64,000 bases of DNA from Octopus vulgaris. Lineage: Eukaryota. This document shows, piece by piece, positions 12,266-23,950 of this stretch. The stretch is from assembly GCA_951406725.2 (NCBI GenBank), contig OX597814.1, positions 102,300,001 to 102,364,000 on the forward strand. Direction: 5' to 3'. Both the position numbers and the translations under genes were made by a program. Below the pieces are notes generated by a model that was given only the letters and a program-made list of their open reading frames with translations, did no database searches and was not told where the DNA came from. Numbering within the stretch: position 1 is the stretch's first letter; each line of letters begins with the position of its first letter.

Positions 12266-13165
12266 TTTGCTATATTTCATCGTACTCTTCTGATAAGGGT
12301 GTCGCTATCATTCTTAAATTATTTCCTTAGCTAATTTTTTTATATATAGCTATGCAAATTATCTTTAACAAAATACATTCTGTTGTTTTTTTCTTCTGTC
12401 TGTATAAATATCTGTCCATTTATCAAAGCAAGTGTGGGATGACTATGCTTCACTGATGAAGTTTAAGAAGACCGAAATGTGTCCTGCTGTCACTTTAACG
12501 GCTTATAAAGATCAAATTCACACACACACACCACACAAATTCGATTTTTTTACTGAAATTAATTCTTCAGTTTTTGAAATATATCTCCTACTCCTTGAAT
12601 GTAACTAACAATTACCTGTTGATGCTTTGTTTTCTTCCTTCAGCTAAGAGGCAGATTTCAATTCAGTTCATTGAGAGTTTTATCCCATCTCAATCACAGT
12701 TTTTTTTATTCATTTTTTAAAACTAGGCAGTTTGAAACTTCGAATCTTGGTAGAATTTCTCGCGTAGAACACGGTTTACTCTGAACGTTATTGGCAAAAT
12801 TTTGTATTTTAGAAGTTATTTCGTGTTGAAGTTGTTGTATTTGGGTAATTTCAAGCAATCAACGACATGTATTTGGTTGAAGAAAGCTACTGCCGTTTGC
12901 GATAGTAATCGAAGAGGAACAGCTTCCAGGTATCACGACTCTGTTCGAAGAATCACAGCTAGCTCTTTTGTTGTTGACGTATAATGTAGTTTGAAAATGC
13001 CTTATTTTACAACTATGAGATGTATAATGGAATTGAAGGCTTGTGATACCTGTGGAGTATCTCCTTCTCTCTGTAGTCATAAGGAAGTTAGAGCGGGATA
13101 AGAGTCTGCTGTGAGTTGGCAGCTTCGCAGTGTTTCTCAGCGTAAGCGAGAAAAAAAGAAAGAGA

Positions 13166-14781
13166 TGATTTTTTTAATTACCCACAAGGGGCCAACAAAG
13201 AGGGGACAATACAAACACGTGGGGACATATAAAAACGAAAAAATAAATAAAAATGAAAAAAAAATTTAAATTAAAATGTATGATATACATGAATGATACA
13301 ATGAAAATGAAAATGAGCTACTTACTCCACCTCAAGCAGCCTCACTTGCTTCCTTTTATCTTTTAAATTCCGAGTCCTTTAAAATGTCTATACCATATTT
13401 CTCGGTCAGTTCCTCGTACTTTAAATCACAATTCACCTTCCAACACTCATAACCCCTCTTGAATTTCAATATTTCGTCTTTTTGGCTTTCGGACACCAGG
13501 ACACATGAGTGCTATCCATCAATGTTTGTCCATCCTTTGACATGGACAAATCTTGCAGTCTTCCATTTTGTTATCTTATTGAGCAATTCCTTGTCCACAG
13601 CTTCAACCATCATGCACGCGAAACAATTTTCAGTGGAAGAGTGAGTTTGTTGATCCTTTTGATTTTGTATTCCTTTTTCTCTTCCTTTGTGTATGAGGGG
13701 AATGGGTGGGTTTGGTGTCTATGGGGGAGGGTGGGTCAGAGAGGTATGGGTGGGTGGGTATGGTTTGGGGTTCTACTTCACTCTGCCCTTTCCTCTTCCT
13801 TTTTGTTCCTTTAGCTACCATCCACTGTTCTTCGTTTCTCTTTTCTTCCTGTTGCACCTTCTCCGGCTCCTTTGCAACTTCCTCCTGACTTCTCTGCTTC
13901 TGTAGAGGGCAGTGAGCTCTAATGTGACCTTTGTGGCCACATTTAAAGCAACGAGGGGTTCTACTCTCCACCCACACTCTCAACACTACATCTCCAATGG
14001 CCACCGTTTCAACCACATTTTCCAGTGTTTCTTCAGTGGCCTGTATGATCAGGTCCAATATTTGGCCTTTCCATACTGAATCTTCTGTTTTCGTGGCTTG
14101 GAGGACAGCTATTTCTTCTTTACTTCCTAGAAGAAAAGCTGCCGCAACCCAAACCACATCTATTTCCGGTGGGATTCCCTCCACTCTAATTCTGGAAGTC
14201 AGTCTTCCAAGATAAGTGGGTAGAAGGACCACTTTATCCGTCTTTACTATGGTTACTGCGAGTTCTTCTGCTTTCCCTTCTGACTTGAAATGAACCACAA
14301 TTGTTTCGTATCTGTTTCCTCTGGCAAACAGAGCACAACGTCTTTTCTATTATTTCTGCCTCAACATTTTCAATTTTCCTTTCTTCCACTGAATACACCT
14401 TATATATTACTGTTTTCTTACCCATTTCTTCCAATACTCTCTGTGGTGGTGACAACTTAACGTTACCACCCCTACATGCCATTTTCTCGTATTTCTCCAT
14501 GTCAGGTCCACCTCCTTTTTTGTGACTTCTGTTACTTCCGCAAAAAATGTTCTTCCTTAAGCACTTGTCTATTCTATCAACTGCTCGTACGAGCTCCTCC
14601 TCCGAAGAGAACAATTTGTACCCACTAAGGTTCGAATAGAACATGTTTCTTACTGTTGACATTGCTGACCCTCCTCAAGGCGGAGAGAAAGCACAACCAG
14701 AAAACCGCTACAGAGCAGCACAAGACAGTCGACTACTCCTCACACAATCAGTAAACACATCAGCACGATACGAACTTTATG
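13166..14781 (-). mobile_element. Apparently full-length ORF1/gag-only non-LTR retroelement (HAL1-like architecture) with ~20-bp TSD
   Basis: TSD agcgagaaaaaaagaaagaga (13145-13165) / agcgagaaagaagaaagaga (14782-14801), ~120-nt 5'UTR, one ORF, T-rich 3'UTR and A-rich end. No endonuclease or RT. Confidence 0.75.
13356..14662 (-). pseudogene. Disrupted ORF1-like CCHC zinc-knuckle protein (~435 codons; 2 frameshifts, 1 stop)
   Basis: Segments 14662-~14300, 14298-~13650 (LRVWVESRTPRCFKCGHKGHIRAHC; WMVAKGTKRKRK) and a third frame ..CFACMMVEAVDKELL..DG*HSC..KDSEFKR* ending at 13356. Resembles L1/Tx1 ORF1. Confidence 0.75.
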
Positions 14782-16339
14782 AGCGAGAAAGAAGAAAGAG
14801 AGAGAATGTCTTAATTCTCCTGCTTAAATTGTCATTGCCGGCGAGAGTCTCGCTGTCGTCTCGCGCATGGCAAATGGTTGCAGGCGAGATCTCGCTTCTG
14901 TCTCGGACATGGGAATGGCTACCGGCGAGATCTCGTACAAAATGGCTCTGGTTTCTTGTGCCTCGCTACAGATGTATTGTTATTGTCATGATTTTATCTT
15001 ACTATAATCAACAACAAACATTTCGTCAATATAAAAGTCTTTATTAGATAAAAAAAAGCATTATCAAAATATGAAGGTAAAACAAAACAAATAGCGGCTT
15101 ATTACACCGGCTGACTATAAAGGAAGAAAGGATACAGGTGGTTCGCTCGCCATACGAATACAACAGAGTGGTGACATTTAGTAGAGATGGCCCGGAAGTT
15201 GTTCCTCTTCGATTTCTATCGCAAACAGCAGTAGCTTTCTTCAACCGAATCCACGTCGTTGATTGGCTGAAATTACCCAAATACAACAACTTTAACACGA
15301 AATAACTTCTAAAATACCAAATTTTGTCAAAGACGTTCAGAGTGAGCCATGTTCTACGCGAGAAATTCTACCACTATTCGAAGTTTTAAACTGTTTAGCT
15401 AAAAAAAAAAAAAATCATGAAAAAATCTGTGATTGAGATAGAATAGATCCGAGTTTTGTTGCGTATAACATTCAATACGTAACCGCTTACGGGATTAAGC
15501 TCAAGGTTAGACTTAAGGCCGATTTAATGAAATCAATGATTGCTGAATAAACTCGTATTTTTTCAATGATGTTGTTTTGTTTAGCCCATATAATTAAATA
15601 ATAATTTCAATTTATCAGCAAATACAATATTTGTTGTTGTTGTTGTCGTCGTCGTTGTCGGTGTTGTTTAGCCCAAGGTCAGTCGTTTCTTGATCAATGT
15701 TGACTTGAGAGGTTAAAATAGCAATAATTTCGATGACTTGCATATTTATTCCTTAATAGGTTGGAACGCAAATAAGCTAATCGCGATTAGCAACTTTTTT
15801 TGTTTGTATTAAGAATAAATGTGCTAGTCGTCGTTTCGATTCTCGCTATTCACCGAACAGATAACGATTTATTAACAGTAATTTAATTTTCTACAACTGT
15901 AAGTCTACCTGATCTCTGAATTGGGGCGTTTTCCCATAAATTCCAAACCTTCTCCCTGAAAGACATGCTAACTTAAATATATTCTTTTATTCTTTTACTT
16001 GTTTCAGTCATTTTACTGCGGCCATGCTAGAGCACTGCCTTTTAGTCGAACAAATATTGTTATTGCTGTTGTTTAAACCCCGGGTCATCCCTGATCTACA
16101 TTTGAAGCATTCCTGCCGTGATTAATGTTCTTTTTTATTTTTGTTTTTCATTATTTTACGCGTTTTCCAAAATTTTACTCGTTTTAATATCAATCAATTT
16201 TTTTCTCTTATTTGCTTTCCTTGTAGTTTTTCATGTCAGTTGTAAAGGTGAAGAGGGTTAACTTGGACGCTGTTAAGTAATGGCGATGTTTAGTGTTTGT
16301 ATGTGGTGATAAGTTTTGACTGTTTTTTTTTAATAAGGA

Positions 16340-17015
16340 CTAGCAGTATCGCCCGGCGTTGCTCGGGTTTGTAAGGGAAATAACTATATAAGCATTTTTA
16401 GAGAGCTATAGCAAAAAAATTAGCAAAAGAATGCATTAAAAATGGAATAAAAAAATTATGGTAATTTTTTTTTTAATCGTTGACTCATCGTAGACATTTT
16501 TAGAGAGTTACTTCCCTTATATAATAGCGAAAAAATGCATTAAAATGGAAAAAATGATTGTAAATTTTTTTTTAAATCGTAGACTCATCGTAGACGCTTT
16601 CTTAGCCATTTCTGTTTTGGTGTCTTCAAGCCATGAAGTCGTTGTTCTAAAAGAACGCTGGTCTCCTTGACAACGCTTTACGACGTTGATTTCCTTACAC
16701 TCCCTTCCCCACAGCTTCACGAGGGAGGGAAGAAGGGGGAGAAGCAAACAGGTGCAGGTGTGACCATGGACGCCAACTCCGCCGCCATCGACACACGAAA
16801 AATTATGCATTAAAATGGAATAAAAAATTATGTTAAATTATTTTTAAAATCGTAGACTCATCGTAGACGCGCGCTAATACCCAGACGGGCTCGATATGAA
16901 TCACGACTATAAGATACCCGAATTTGGTTAAACTGCACCACAAAATGTGGGAGTAGTTAGGCATCTAAATCGAAGGGGACAGACACTCACACAACTACAG
17001 TTTTATATATAGAGA
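16340..17015 (-). mobile_element. Non-autonomous Helitron
   Basis: Minus strand A|TCTCTATATATAAA...cccgagcaacgccgggcgatactgCTAG|T. The empty site is visible in the inverted paralogue at 18604-18621. Confidence 0.92.
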
Positions 17016-17119
17016 TAATTGATTGATAACGAATCTTAACACAATATATAGACAACTTGAAGTGGAATTGGACGCCATAAGAGAAACAGAGAGAGGAAAG
17101 AGGAGAGACAGCGTAGCAA

Positions 17120-17407
17120 AGGTTTTGTCTGACTGTCATCCTGTACTCCCCTTGTTGCTAGCGAAATGGTGTGTGCCGGCTGTCTGAGCAACTGGTTGCT
17201 TTTAATGGCGGAACAAACAGGACAAAAAGATTACAAAAATAGCTATTCTCACTTTGAAACTAAGAATTTTGCAAATCTTTTTATATTACGGAACGCCCCG
17301 CGCTCTCATGTATCCATGTTTAAAATTTCAGCGCGATCGGATGAACAATATTCGAGTTATAAGCGCACAGACAGACAGACAGACAGAACGGATTTTATAT
17401 ACTAAGA
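17120..17407 (-). mobile_element. Helitron-like 5' fragment
   Basis: Minus strand starts a|TCTTAGTATATAAAATCCG..(tctg)n, typical of a Helitron 5' end. No 3' CTAG found. Confidence 0.5.
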
Positions 17408-19624
17408 TTATATATTAGATTATAATTCGTATTTCTCTTCAACTATTTTTATGTATTTGTGTGTCTGCGTTTGTCCCTACATCATCGCTTGACAACTGAT
17501 GTTAGTGTGTTTACGTCCCCGTAACTTAGCGGTTCGTCAAAAGAGACCGATGGAATAAGTACGAGGCTTAAAAAAAAAGTCCTGGGGCTCGATTTGTTCG
17601 ACTAAAGGCTTATGCTCCATCATGGCCGCAGTCAAATGATTGAAACAATCATTATTAAAATAATGAAAGAAAGATTACATAAAAGTGGTCGTAATTTTTG
17701 TTGTTTGTTTTCGCAAAGAAAAGAAAGACAAGAAATCCATTGGAATGCATAATCATTTTATAACATGAAAATGATTGGGAAAGTCGATTCAAATGATTGA
17801 AACAATCACTATTAAAATAATGAAAGAAAGATTACATAAATGGTGGTCGTAATTTTTGTTTAAACCCCGGGTCATCCCTGATCTACTTCAAAGCATTCCT
17901 GCTGTGATTAATGTTCTTTTTTGTTTTTGTTTTTCATTATTTATCGCGTGTATCTATGACTACACTATCTAATGTGTTACTCCTGCTTTTAAGATAAATG
18001 GAGATTTATCTGTTATTCAAGCATGTCGGGCGACTACGTGCATCTTCCCTAGTTGGCTCGAAAAGAGATAAAAATAGAAAGAGATTAAGAGAAGATCGAA
18101 GTGAGAAATTCCACAGTCTCTGTCTTCTTTATAGAAGTCTATATAGGTTAGTTAATTGGGTGAAACGGGGTTACGTATGCTTAAAAAGTACAAGAAATCT
18201 CTCGTGTTACGTGAATACCGCGATCCTGATAAGTTTGCTGTAACGAGAAATCAATTTTCCCAATCATTTTCATGTTATAAAATGATTATGCATTCCAATG
18301 GATTTCTTGTCCTTCTTTTCTTTGCGAAAACAAACAACAAAAATTACGACCACTTTTATGTAATCTTTCTTTCATTATTTTAATAATGATTGTTTCAATC
18401 ATTTGACTGCGGCCGTGATGGAGCACCACCTTTAGTCGAACAAATCGAGCCCTAGTACTTATTCTTTGTAAGCCTAGTACTTATTCCATCGTTCTCTTAT
18501 GCCGAACCGTTGCTATGTTGTATCTCTTCTTTCCTCTCTCTGTGTCTCTTATGACGTCCAATTCCATTTCAAGTTGTCTATATATTGTGTTAAGATTCGT
18601 TATCAATCAATTATCCTTATTGAAAAAAAAAAGCAGTCAAAACTTACCACCACATAGACTCACCAAACATCGCCACTACTTAACAGTGTCCAAGTTAACC
18701 CTCTTCACCTTTACATCTGACATGAAAAACTACGAGGAAAGCAAATAAGAGAAAAAAATTGATTGCTATTAAAACGCGTAAAATTTTGGGGTTAATAATC
18801 TTAATCTTTAGTTACAGTTTCTCATTCAAACTACATAACAGGCAGAATTGTCGGATTAAGACAGTAGAGTGTTTTCAGGGAGATTTGGCTGCTATTTCTA
18901 CCAGATCTACTACAATATAGAGGTCTCTTTCATTGGCTTATACATATATACATAAAATTGAAATAATATACTTAAAGCAACAAGCGTCAAATATAAAAGC
19001 CAAGGTCCATGCAGTGTCATGGGCCAAAAAAATTTCCAACGTCTTGCCTAATACGAGCCCAGAGCACAATCTCTTACAGTATTTCAGTATTACCTTTCTA
19101 TTGTAATGTGAGATACTGTCCCATATATGTATATTCCTTACGCATTCCAAAACCGAGTTACAGATTTTGATGTATGGGGTATCAAAAGATTCAGTACTAT
19201 TTCGGCTACAAATTAAACTTAATTTCCATTTACATGTTTGCATTTCAAAGATTTAACATTGTCTTTTCTATAAACCAACTATCGTAAACATTTTATATGA
19301 TGACATCACATTTTCTATATGCGTGTGTACCTTAAAAGACATCAATCATCACGACACACATCTTCACTCACTACTTCTATCTCTCTTTCTCACCCTCTTT
19401 CTCTCTCACATACACGCACGCACACACATGCATACACACACGTCCATTTCATATAGATATACGTACATTTTTCACTTTCTTTCTCTGTTCTTTTCGCTTT
19501 CTCTTCTTTCAATTTCTGCTCTCTTCAAATAAATCTTTGCGGATACAACTGCTTACAAAAATAGGGATTAATGTATAATTTCTTTCTATGTTCATAATTT
19601 TTTGTTTACAACATTGGAAAAAAC

Positions 19625-19780
19625 ATGCCACCAAAGAAAAGATGCAATCTCTCCAGAAACAAGTATAAAGCAAGGAGGATTATAGAAAACCGAAAGCGAG
19701 AGAGAAGTGAGATGAGATTTTCTCAAGATCAGCAAATGCATGTTGCAGCACTTAATACTGGATCAGTGTTGTTGCTGTAG
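19625..19780 (+). pseudogene. Short basic ORF resembling a Helitron RepHel N-terminus remnant
   Basis: MPPKKRCNLSRNKYKARRIIENRKRERSEMRFSQDQQMH.. (51 aa). Similarity judged by eye only. Confidence 0.3.
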
Positions 19781-20037
19781 TCTGAAATCAATCTTCACTA
19801 GCCTAAAATCAAAATTATTTCATTCGGCATTTAAGCTACACTAGGATACCTTCTTATTTTATATGATTTATTTTTTATTTAGCATAGATTTGCTGTTGAT
19901 AATGGTTGCGGTGTTGATGCTGGTTCTACTGGTGTTGAGGATTGATAGTGGTGGTAGAAGTTGGTGTACGTAGTTTAGTGTTCCGTTAAGGTAAAATCAA
20001 CAAAAATAGTCCCCCATCCAATGAGAAATAAATATCA

Positions 20038-20188
20038 TTTAATGTACACTGTATCAAAATAAAAGCCACTAATAGTTCCTTGCCATTAAGACATGTGGTT
20101 AAGTGGGTTTTTTTTTATAAAGTGCCTAACTACGTCTTAATGGCAAGAAGCTATTAGCAGGTGTTACTGTAATACAGTGTACTTTAAA
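20038..20188. mobile_element. 150-bp foldback/MITE
   Basis: tttaatgtacactgtat..ctaatagttccttgccattaagac / gtcttaatggcaagaagctattag..atacagtgtactttaaa. Confidence 0.65.
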
Positions 20189-20898
20189 TTATTTATATAT
20201 ATATATAGTTTTATCTAACTCATCTGATATATATTTGTGTGTGTCGAGAGAGAGAACAAAGAAACAGAGGGGGAGATACTGATCGTAACCCAAAATAATG
20301 TTCAAACATAAAATGTTCACTGTGAAAAATTTCACCTCACATTCCATAAGTGTTTCTCGTGACGCATTATGAACACCTGCACCCACGCAATATGTGTGTG
20401 TGTGTGTGTGTGTGGACAATTTATGTATCGCTTTAATTTTTTCAAATTGTTAAATACTTTGGCCATCTAAATTACCGAGAAATGCCCTTTTGGCTAAGAA
20501 GAAAGTGTACAGTTTTATAAAGTCTTAAAATTTATCCAAGTTTCCATAAGAACGAAATTTCAGACCATATCCCGAATTTTTTTTACAATTTCCGTAAGCA
20601 CGAAGTCCCGCAACTCGAGGTCGCCGTAACGCGGGTATACTTGTGCTGAGTCGAAGGTATTGTCCTATAGTAATTTATTTGAATTATTTATATATTTAGT
20701 AAATTCTTTTCCAATTGTGTACTGTTTTCAATGTTGGTGTCAGTTATAGTATTTTGACGTAACTGTGTCAAAAACATAATAAAGGATTGAAAAGGTGTTA
20801 TTGCTGTTGTTTACTCTCATACCAGATCTAATCAATAAGATATATGACTTTCCATCTATTTTCTAAGATATATAAGACTTTTCATCTATTTTCTGTTT

Positions 20899-20902
<4 letters not shown>

Positions 20903-20970
<68 letters not shown>
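20903..20970. repeat. (CT)n microsatellite
   Basis: Directly visible. Confidence 0.95.
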
Positions 20971-20975
<5 letters not shown>

Positions 20976-21106
20976 GTGCGTGTGTTAAATATAATGTATC
21001 TAATACAATGTTATGTAATGTACCTCTCCTTTTCTAAGTCGGTGTAGGTGTGATTTGTGATAAATATTTGTCTGCTTTTCCTGGCTAGTTGCGCAACTAT
21101 ATAGAG

Positions 21107-21252
21107 CAGTCATAGGCAATCTGTGGCCCATGGGGCTGTCTGAATGGCATACCGAACGAAAGATTACCTTGCATTTTTTTAGTAGAGCGGCCCGCCTGAT
21201 AATGAGCCATGTTTCTTGCATCCCGTTTCTCGAAAAGGGTTGCCCATTTCTG
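21107..21252. mobile_element. hAT (Charlie-like) MITE
   Basis: TIR cagtcataggcaatct / agggttgcccatttctg with perfect 8-bp TSD atatagag. Confidence 0.85.
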
Positions 21253-21492
21253 ATATAGAGACTTTCTCTGTATATAGCTATGTCCCGAGTTCACAAATAT
21301 CTATGCTAAGAGAAAATACTTAGTAAGCTATCTAGAGTAGAAGTTCTTATCCTTATCAAGTGAGCGTATAGGAACCAAAGGCTGAGGTTATGGGACTCAA
21401 AGTCTAGTATGGTATTCTATAAATACATATGAAAGGATTCTTTTGATTTTTCTTTTCCGATCTGTTTCAGATTTTATATAATAAAACTAAGC

Positions 21493-21787
21493 GGCATTCT
21501 TCCGTTTTAAGATTTGCAAGTGCCAAACTTGTGCCAGCTGATTTCCCTACCCATGACACCATTCTCGAGAGTTTACAGAAAACTTTATATATATTTTTTA
21601 ATTCGGCAATGTCTTTCCTGAGTTAGAGATTACCAAACACACACCCGTGCGCAAACATATCGATTTTACGATTCGCTTATGTGTATGTATTTTTTCTGTA
21701 AATTACGAAATTACAGAGAATTATGTTGTGTCGAGATATCAGCTGGTACAAATTTGACAACTGCCATACTTAAAACGAAAGTATGCC
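21493..21787. mobile_element. MITE with ~50-bp imperfect TIRs
   Basis: ggcattcttccgttttaag..ttgtgccagctgat / atcagctggtacaa..cttaaaacgaaagtatgcc. Confidence 0.7.
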
Positions 21788-21889
21788 AAACCAAGATATT
21801 GATCTTTTGAAGTTATAATGGTGCCTAATAGGTCTGTTGCTGATGATTTCGACAGCCTCCTTGCAAAAAGGATAGAAACCAAAATACTA

Positions 21890-22050
21890 TATTATTTACA
21901 ATGAACGGATAGTGTCCTCATCTTGTCTGTTGTTATCACAACGTTTTGGCTGCTGCACTCTCCAGCCTTCATCAAGTGTTCTGGTGGAATTTCGAACCCA
22001 GCCCTTTATTTGACTAATGGGACACACTGCTTTCATTCCTAAGATGTTAT
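21890..22050 (-). mobile_element. PLE-like short repeat with hammerhead motif (copy 1)
   Basis: Minus strand: acacttgatgaaggctg..cagccaaaacgttgtg. Homologous to 50385-50520. Confidence 0.6.
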
Positions 22051-22138
22051 TTTTCTGTGGATATTATTTTTCAAGTCCCTAGGATTGAATTTAGAATCTG
22101 AGGGTTAGTAGCCGGCGCTCTTATCCAATGCGCTACAT

Positions 22139-22348
22139 GTTGAGATAATATAGAATTTGGCATTACCAGATTCTTTTACAGATTTTAAATGCAGGAATTC
22201 TTGTTTTGTTGCCTATACAATAATTAGGTGGAATAACTACTGTATTGGGTCAAACAATACTATCATTATGAAATATACATTGTATACTGTTACATATTTT
22301 ATTTTTACATAATTACATATTACATATTACAAAAAGCTTGATAAATAT
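22139..22348 (+). repeat. ~210-bp direct repeat, copy 1 (copy 2 at 24800-25008)
   Basis: ttgagataatatagaatttggcattaccag...acaaaaagcttgat, near-identical in both copies. Confidence 0.9.
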
Positions 22349-22522
22349 AGAGTGAAATTTTTTGGCTTATAAACCTAGTATTTTATCTTTTCTTAATACT
22401 AGTTCCCATATTACATTCATATTTGCACTAAGTATGCGTAGGAGGTTATTCTGTCCTAGCATATGTGCAACCTCTTTTAATTTTCGTATTTTCCACCGGT
22501 ATTCTCTGCCGAGTTTTTAACT

Positions 22523-22630
22523 TCACCCCACATGTACGGTCTCCCGAAGATTCATAAGGATGGTACTCCATTAAGACCTGTAGTGAGCTGTAGAGGTTCG
22601 GCATGTCATCCATTATGCCGCTTCCTTATA
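22523..22630 (+). pseudogene. Penelope/Poseidon-type RT N-terminal fragment
   Basis: Translates SPHMYGLPKIHKDGTPLRPVVSCRGSACHPLCRFL, the canonical PLE YGLPKIHK..PLRP.VS..GS motif. Confidence 0.85.
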
Positions 22631-22839
22631 TCGACCCCAATACTTATTTTTTAAAAGCCTGGTACTTATTCTGTCTCTTTCCGAACCGCTAAGTTACGGG
22701 GACGTAAACTCACCAGCGCCGGTTGTCAAGCGGTGAAGGTAGGAGGGACAAACACACACACGTATGGCCGGGTCACTGTAATTATCTCCCTTTCATTCAG
22801 CTTCTAGCTATTTCGTCATGTTGAACTGTTAATCCCTAC

Positions 22840-23005
22840 AATTTTTTTTTCTTTCTCTCTCCCTTGTTTTCTCTCTTAATCCTTTCTGTCGAAGAGCGTA
22901 GGCTCGAAACGTAAAAGACTTATCCGTTCTTCCCGAGCGTTAAACTAATACCCCTGCTTCTTATTCCTACACATATCTTCGTTTTTTGTTTTCTGTAAAT
23001 TTGAA
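22840..23005 (+). mobile_element. Penelope pLTR fragment with hammerhead-like motif
   Basis: ctgtcgaagagcgtaggctcgaaacgtaaaagac..cccgagcgttaaactaatac. Confidence 0.7.
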
Positions 23006-23027
23006 TAATATATATATATGCATATGT

Positions 23028-23270
23028 GGAGGCGCGTGGCTTAGTGGTTAGGGTGTCAGCATCATGATCGTAAGATTGTGGTTTCGATTCCTGGACCGGG
23101 TGACGCGTTGTGTTCTTGAGCAAAACACTTCATTTCACGTTGCTCCAGTCCACTCAGCTGGCAAAAATGAGTAACGCTGCGATGGACTGGCGTCCCGTCC
23201 AGCTGGGGAACACATACGCCATAGAAACCGGGCCCATGAGCCTGGTTAGGCTTTAAAAGGGCGCATTTAT
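23028..23270 (+). mobile_element. tRNA-derived SINE, family C
   Basis: tggcttagtggttagg (A box), gtttcgattcc (B box), gtgttcttgagcaaaacactt. Other copies at 38605, 43366, 61300 and 60695 (-). Confidence 0.85.
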
Positions 23271-23299
23271 TTATTTTATTATATATGCATATACCACAT

Positions 23300-23460
23300 A
23301 GCTCCTGTCAGTTCCCGTCTACCAAATACACTCACAAAGTTTTGGTTGGCCCGAGGCTATAGCAGAAGACACTTGCCGAAGGTGCCACACAGTGGGACTG
23401 AACCGGGAACCATGTGATTGTGAAGCAAACTTCTTGCCACACAGCCATGCCTGTGCCTAT
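23300..23460 (-). mobile_element. tRNA-derived SINE, family B (5' half)
   Basis: Reverse complement of 45612-45780. Confidence 0.85.
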
Positions 23461-23784
23461 GTAATGCCATCATATATAAATTGTGCACAAGTCATATGCT
23501 GTCAGTTAATAACTGATTTAAAATATTTTTTTGTTTCATTACTTTAATTGTTTATGGTATCTAAATAAAATGTAATTTTTTCCAAGTGACTTTTTTCCTA
23601 GCTAAAATTGCAACTTTTTCCTGTAATTTTTCCAGACACATTTTGGTGTGCCGTTCAGTTAGCTTCTGAATAATTGTTTTCCTTTCTTTAAAAGCAAAAT
23701 TGTTGCTAATTATACAAAACAAATAAACAATTTCTGTTGCATTAGGAGTGTTGTTATTGTGTAGTCTATTTAAGTCCAGGTCGG

Positions 23785-23950
23785 GCAGCGGAGATAGTCG
23801 ATTAAATTGACGCCAGTACTTAACTGGTACTTTATTTTATCAACCCTCGGAAATATTAAAGCAAAGCCGACACCAGCAGAATTTGAACTCAGAACATAAA
23901 GACTCTAAAGAACTACTGCAAGGTATTCTTGTCACCGACAGCCTAACGAT
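23785..23950 (-). mobile_element. SINE family A, degraded
   Basis: ctggtacttt..tcaaccc..gcaaagccgac..atttgaactcagaac. Confidence 0.7.

Larger units (their letters stand above)
12687..15439. mobile_element. Non-autonomous DNA transposon with ~245-bp terminal inverted repeats (12687-12930 / 15191-15439), interrupted by a retroelement
   Basis: Arms are reverse complements (atctcaatcacag...ggaacagcttcc vs ggaagttgttcc...ctgtgattgagat). The ORF track shows near-identical spurious peptides on opposite strands. Confidence 0.85.
16167..18789. repeat. Complex inverted duplication
   Basis: 16167-16339 plus 17016-17120 is the reverse complement of 18510-18789. 17529-17790 is the reverse complement of 18250-18510. 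Direct copies of 17633-17700 and 16074-16160 lie at 17790-17945. Confidence 0.9.

Noticed and set aside
12452-12490. ctgatga...cgaaa..gtc hammerhead-like string
   Set aside because: Core words are present but there is no convincing stem I, so I cannot support it.
23028-23100. tRNA-like A/B boxes (also at 2681 and 45612)
   Set aside because: These are SINE heads with no complete cloverleaf, not tRNA genes.
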